Source: Enoplolaimus lenunculus
Lineage: Eukaryota
Length of the DNA: 64,000 bases
Reading direction: 5' to 3'
NCBI GenBank assembly: GCA_030248215.1
Contig: JASANG010004131.1
Coordinates: 186,001 to 250,000 of the forward strand
Notes under the pieces: generated by a model
The model's input: the letters and a program-made list of their open reading frames with translations, nothing else
Databases searched by the model: none
What the model was told of the DNA's origin: nothing
Part shown: positions 59,125 to 64,000 of the stretch, in pieces
Layout of the letters: every line of letters begins with the position of its first letter
Numbering within the stretch: the stretch's first letter is position 1
Made by a program: the position numbers and the translations under genes

Positions 59125-59345
59125 GCCCGTATTCTTAAATATGTGTAGCATCTATTACGCAGCTGGCGATAAGTGTTGTAACTTTCGAACCAGAGAATGG
59201 TGAGGTTTAAAATTCAGCACATTTATTGTATTCTGTTTAGTCTACTCCTATGCAAATTTTGAGATCTGCAATTGCTGCAATTCGTTAGTTTGAAAACCTA
59301 TTACTGACTGGTGATAGGCGCTATGTGCATATGAGAATATGGGCC
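59125..59345. mobile_element. MITE with GGCCC(A/G)TATTCT ends
   Basis: Ends GCCCGTATTCTTAAATATG and CATATGAGAATATGGGCC. Homologous interiors at 16570-16741 and 43310-43430, and split around the foldback element (59890-59967 plus 63786-63857). Confidence 0.7.
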
Positions 59346-60029
59346 ATCGCCGTATTTTTTTCACCTATTTGGCTAGAAAACAGATTTTGAGCATCAGATG
59401 AATCATTTGCATTGTAAAATTTTCAGCACGACATTTATGATAGACGATACGTCCCGCTATCCCATTTGGAACCGCCACTGTTTTGTACATATAAGCATAA
59501 ATGCCGAATGTTTGCATATATTGTGTGATATTACGAGTATATCATGGATTTACATGGGAAAAAGCACAGGACCGTAGCCAGCTCAACCTGCTATAAAAAA
59601 GCCAAAACTATTTTAGGAAGGGCATACGGTATACAAGGCTTGGGGCTAAAAAATGTATTACGGAAAGCCAAAAAATTTTCTCGGGCTTCCGTCAGGCCAC
59701 GGGTCCGGTAAAGCAACAGTGTTTCAAAATATAGTCGCAGGTCTCTATTAGTTTTTCGGCGACTGAGAACCGCATTTGTAAACTATTTAAATGCAAACCA
59801 TCATTGCTAAAGGTATGTAGACCATGCGAATAATAGCGGTTTATTTGATAACAAAACGACACACTGAAAAAACTAAATTATGAATGTCTTGTAACTTTCG
59901 AACCAGCGAACACTGAGGCGCAAAAATAAGCACATTTTTCGCACGTGATTTGCTCTACTCTTGTGCCGGCCAATGTTACTCTGACGGGCGTCCCGTTTTC
60001 TCACGGGACAGCAATAGGCCAGCACTCCT

Positions 60030-61830
60030 GCTCACTTATTTGTGCTGGGACGTAAGGACAGCTTCCAGCTTAGGTTTTTTGGTGGGTCGGTCGGACAGCT
60101 ACGAGCGTGTGTTTTTGCTGGGTCAGGCGGGACAGCTTCCGGTATGTGTTTTCGTTGGGTCGGCCGGGACAGCTGGGACAGCTTCGAGCCTGTGTTTTTG
60201 CTTGGTCGGCCGGGTCAGGCGGGACAGCTTCGGGTATGTGTTTTCGTTGGGTCGGCCGGGACAGCTGGGACAGCTTCAAGCCTGTGTTTTTGCTTGGTCG
60301 TCCGGGTCAGGTGGGACAGCTTCGGGTATGTGTTTTCGTTGGGTTGGCCGGGACAGCTGGGACAGCTTTGTGCCTGTGTTTTTGCTTGGTCGGCCGGGTC
60401 AGCTGGGACAGCTTCTAGCCTATGTTTTCTCTGGGTCGGGCGGGACCGCCAGGACAGCTTCTAGCCTGTGTTTTGCTTGGTCGGCCGGGTCAGGCGGGAC
60501 AGCTTCGGGTATGTGTTTTCGTTGGGTTGGCCGGGACAGCTGGGACAGCTTTGTGCCTGTGTTTTTGCTTGGTCGGCCGGGTCAGCTGGGACAGCTTCTA
60601 GCCTATGTTTTCTCTGGGTCGGGCGGGACCGCCAGGACAGCTTCTAGCCTGTGTTTTGCTTAGTCGGCCGGGTCAGGCGGGATAGCTTCGGGTATGTGTT
60701 TTCGTTGGGTCGGCCGGGTAAACAGGGACAGCTTCGTGCCTGTTTTTGTTTGGTCGGCCGGGTAAGCAGGGACAGCTTCGAGCATGTATTTTCGTTGTGT
60801 CGGTCGGGACAGCAGGGACAGCTTCGAGCCTGTGTTTTTGCTTGGTCGGCCGAGTAAGCCGGGACATCTTCGAGAATGTGTTTTCGTTGGGTCGGTCGGG
60901 ACAGCAGGGACAGCTGCGAGCCTATGTTTTTGTTGGGTCGGTCGGGACAGCTAGGACAGCTTCGAGCCTATGTTTGTGCTGGGTTGGTCGGGACAGCTTC
61001 GAGCCTATGTTTTTGCTGGGTTGGTCGGGACAGCTTCGAGCCTATGTTTTTGCTGGGTTGGTCGGGATAGCTTCGAGCCTATGTTTTTGCTGGGTTGGTC
61101 GGGACAGCTTCGAGCCTATGTTTTTGCTGGGTTGGTCGGGATAGCTTCGAGCCTATGTTTTTGCTGGGTTGGTCGGGACAACTTCGAGCCTATGTTTTCG
61201 CTGGGTTGGCCGGGTAAGCTTCAAGCGTATGTTTTTGCTGGGTTGGTCGGGAGAGCTGCGAGCCTATGTTTTCGTTGGGTCGGACGGGACAGCAGGGACA
61301 GCTGCGAGCATATGTTTTTGCTGGGTTGGTCGGGACAGCTTCGAGCCTATGTTTTTGCTGGGTTGGTCGGGACAACTTCGAGCCTATGTTTTCGCTGGGT
61401 TGGCCGGGTAAGCTTCAAGCGTATGTTTTTGCTGGGTTGGTCGGGACAGCTTCGAGCCTATGCTTTTGCTGGGTTGGTCGGGAGAGCTTCGAGCCTATGT
61501 TTTCGTTGGGTCGGACGGGACAGCAGGGACAGCTGCGAGCATATGTTTTTGCTGGGTTGGTCGAGACAGCTTCGAGCCTATGTTTTTGCTGGGTTGGTCG
61601 GGACAGCTTCGAGCCTATGTTTTTGCTGGGTTGGTCGGGACAGCTTCGAGCCTATGTTTTTGCTGGGTTGGTCGGGACAGCTTCGAGGTTGTTTTCGCTG
61701 AGTTGGTCGGAACAGCTAGGACGCGTTCAAGCCTATAGTTTACGGGTTGATCGGAACAGTTTTGAGCCTACGTTTTCGCCACGGCTGCCGGAACTTGCTT
61801 CGAAGCATATATTTTTATTTTGCTCGGCCT
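60030..61830 (+). repeat. 37/46-bp GC-rich minisatellite (left arm of the foldback element)
   Basis: Unit GGTTGGTCGGGACAGCTTCGAGCCTATGTTTTTGCTG, with or without a 9-bp C(A/T)GGGACAG insert. Confidence 0.95.
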
Positions 61831-62068
61831 CTCCCAACAGTTTCGAAGCTGATATTCGTGCTAAACTCCTAGTCTAAAGCTAAGCAAGAACTATTAAGCC
61901 TGGATTACGTCTTATAAGCCTATTGAGAGCAAACCTCAGAATAAGCTTAAGTCTACGTATAAGCCTACTTACTAGAGAGAACAGGTGGGTCGATTATAAT
62001 GCAGTGTTTAATTATGTTAAATCTGACGTCTATAGAGAAAAAATTCAATAAATTTCACTTGCGGCCAT

Positions 62069-63004
62069 CAAGGTGTAACCAGATATCCGTACTCGTTTAA
62101 GTTAAAATCGGTGCCCGTTTTGTTTCTGTTAGTGAAATATCGAAAATGTCGTTATTTTATGCTCAAAACTGGTTATAAATAACGTGAACATCGCACAGTT
62201 CTAAAATAATGTTGCAGTTATAGTTTTATTTGAAATAGAAATTAATACAAAATGTATCCAATGTTACTTTTAGGGGCATCCAGGTTGCTACGACGAAATA
62301 AATTTTTTCGATTAGGAGTGTATTTCTTTAGCTATCTTCTGTTCTTTATTGGCTAACACATGTTTAATCAGAAATTTAAGCCATCAACAATATATTTAAT
62401 GCAGCTTTATGGGTAAATACAATTTAAAGTTTAAAGGCTGTTTTAAATGCAAAAAGGTTTCACCGAGTGTCACGCATTAAAGGAATTCTGCATAAGCAAC
62501 AATTTGAATCAAACGGCACGCCAAGGTTACAACTGAGTGAATCGAATGTGACTCTGGCGGAGTCGAATTTGAATCAGTTTGTGTAGTCAGGAAAAGCCTA
62601 TTTCAGAGAGTCAATTTGACTCACCATTCTTTGCAGTGTACATATCCGGATATCGGAATAAAATGTGCGAAGGTAAGCAGTGCGCAAGCGCAGGTGAAAA
62701 AATCGGAGTCGTCACCGCAGTTCGTAAAACGTTAGTCAATAAAAACATGTTAAATTGGTGTTATCATTTCATCGCAAATTTGTTGGCTATCTAAAATTTT
62801 AAAGAAAAAATAGCGGATACGCCGAAAATTTCAAGATATTGTTTAAATTTCGTCATTTTTATTTCAGTTTGAACAATTGCAACATATCTAATGAAAAATT
62901 GCGAGACATACACGTGATTTGGAACTAATTTTTGAGCATAAAATAACAGAATTTCCGGTGTTTTTATAAAACGGAAACGAAAACGGATATCCCGTTACAC
63001 CCCG
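62069..63004. mobile_element. hAT-like element inside the foldback spacer, itself containing a CACTG-family MITE fragment (62535-62638)
   Basis: Ends CAAGGTGTAACCAGATATCCG and CGGATATCCCGTTACACCCCG. The interior is homologous to 5409-5650 and 30780-31056. No clear TSD, so it may be two fragments facing each other. Confidence 0.6.
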
Positions 63005-63039
63005 GTTGGTAGCTTATATTTTGCAGGTTCAGCAGTTCT

Positions 63040-63725
63040 GACTATATTTTTGATGGGACTGCCGAAACAGCTCTGTCCCAGAAAACATATTTGCTCCGAC
63101 GCTGTCCTGCTATATATACTGACCCAGTAAAAACATAAGATTGAAGTTGTTCCGACCAACTCAGCGAATACCTGGGCTTGAAGCTGTCCCAGCTGTTTTG
63201 ACACAACCAGCAAAAACATAAGTTCGAAGTTGTCCCAACTGACCTCACAAAACCTAGCTCGAAAACTGTACCGACTGTGCCGACCGACCCAGCCAAAGTA
63301 TAGGGTCCAAGCGGACCCGATCGACCCAGCAAAAACATAGGTTCGAAGCTGTCCTAATCGACCCAGCAAAAATATAGGCTCAAAGCTGGCCCGGCTGTTC
63401 CGACCGACCCAGCACAAATATAGGCTCGAAGCTGTCCCCGCTGTCCCGACCGACCCAGCACAAATATAGGCTCGAAGCTGTCCCCGCTGTCCCGACCGAC
63501 CCAGCAAAAATATAGGCTCGAAGCTGTCCCGACCAACCCAGCAATAATATAGGCTCAAAGCTGTCCCCGCTGTCCCGACCGACTTTGCAAAAATGTAGGC
63601 TCGCAGCTGTCCCCGCTGTCCCGACCGACCCAGGTAAAAGATGGGCTCGAAGCTGTCCCGGCTGTCCCGACCAACCCAGAAAAAACAGATTTGAAGCTGT
63701 CCTGACCAACCCAACAAAAACGTTT
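63040..63725 (-). repeat. Same minisatellite in inverted orientation (right arm of the foldback element)
   Basis: Units TAGGCTCGAAGCTGTCCCCGCTGTCCCGACCGACCCAGCAAAAA are the reverse complement of the left-arm units. Confidence 0.95.
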
Positions 63726-64000
63726 CACTCCGGGTATATTGCGGTCCCGTGGGTAAACGGGACTCCCCTCAGAGTAACATGGGCCCTTGTGCCAATTCTC
63801 AGTTCAACAACTACAACAGTTATCGTGAGTTTGAAAACCTATTTGAGAATATGGGCCCAACGCTGTATAATATTCACTGAAAATCGCCCCAAAAACCGTC
63901 GTCAAAGTTAAATGTTTACAAACAAACTTTATGACCAAATATTAACAGTGGCCAAGGGACCTCAACCCTGCCCTGGAAACGTTTTAACCCCGTTGACGTT

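Larger units (their letters stand above)
59968..63785. mobile_element. 3.8-kb non-autonomous foldback-type Merlin-like DNA transposon with inverted minisatellite arms
   Basis: About 48-bp terminal inverted repeat GGCC(A/C)ATGTTACTCTGA(C/G)GGG(C/A)GTCCCGTTT..CACGGGAC(A/C)GCAATA. Perfect 8-bp TSD CTTGTGCC at 59960-59967 and 63786-63793. It interrupts an older MITE. Confidence 0.9.

Noticed and set aside
50500..59900. Additional protein-coding gene upstream of neurexin
   Set aside because: Only short ORFs with AT-rich non-coding composition and repeat fragments are present, and no chain of phase-compatible exons was recognised. Non-coding 5' exons cannot be excluded.
59950..63717. Many overlapping long ORFs (up to 243 aa) rich in C, W, G and R
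   Set aside because: They are translations of the stop-poor 37/46-bp minisatellite in several frames and on both strands, with no domain-like content.

Overview
AT-rich, intron-rich animal genomic DNA, most likely a nematode (abundant TTAGGC repeats, TTTCAG-type acceptors, nematode-like neurexin N-terminus). Three spliced genes were reconstructed by hand. (1) The 3' end of an ORP5/8-type oxysterol-binding-protein-related gene (+, 10..1820). (2) A complete 14-exon V-ATPase V1 subunit B gene (-, 13139..8408, 507 aa). (3) A complete 20-exon alpha-neurexin gene (-, 49183..19430, about 1751 aa, six LNS plus three EGF domains, ending KEWFV). Introns and intergenic DNA are packed with non-autonomous DNA transposons (Merlin-like, hAT-like, PIF/Harbinger-like, piggyBac-like, TA-flanked), tRNA-derived segments and a decayed Gypsy pol/LTR remnant. 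The main non-genic observation is a family with GGCC(A/C)ATGT ends and 8-bp target-site duplications that occurs in two forms: about ten ~130-290 bp MITEs carrying telomere-type TTAGGC arrays, and one 3.8-kb foldback element (59968..63785, perfect CTTGTGCC TSD) whose arms are inverted minisatellite arrays. No transposase gene, CRISPR array or intact RNA gene was found. All coordinates were read by eye and no database searches were run.
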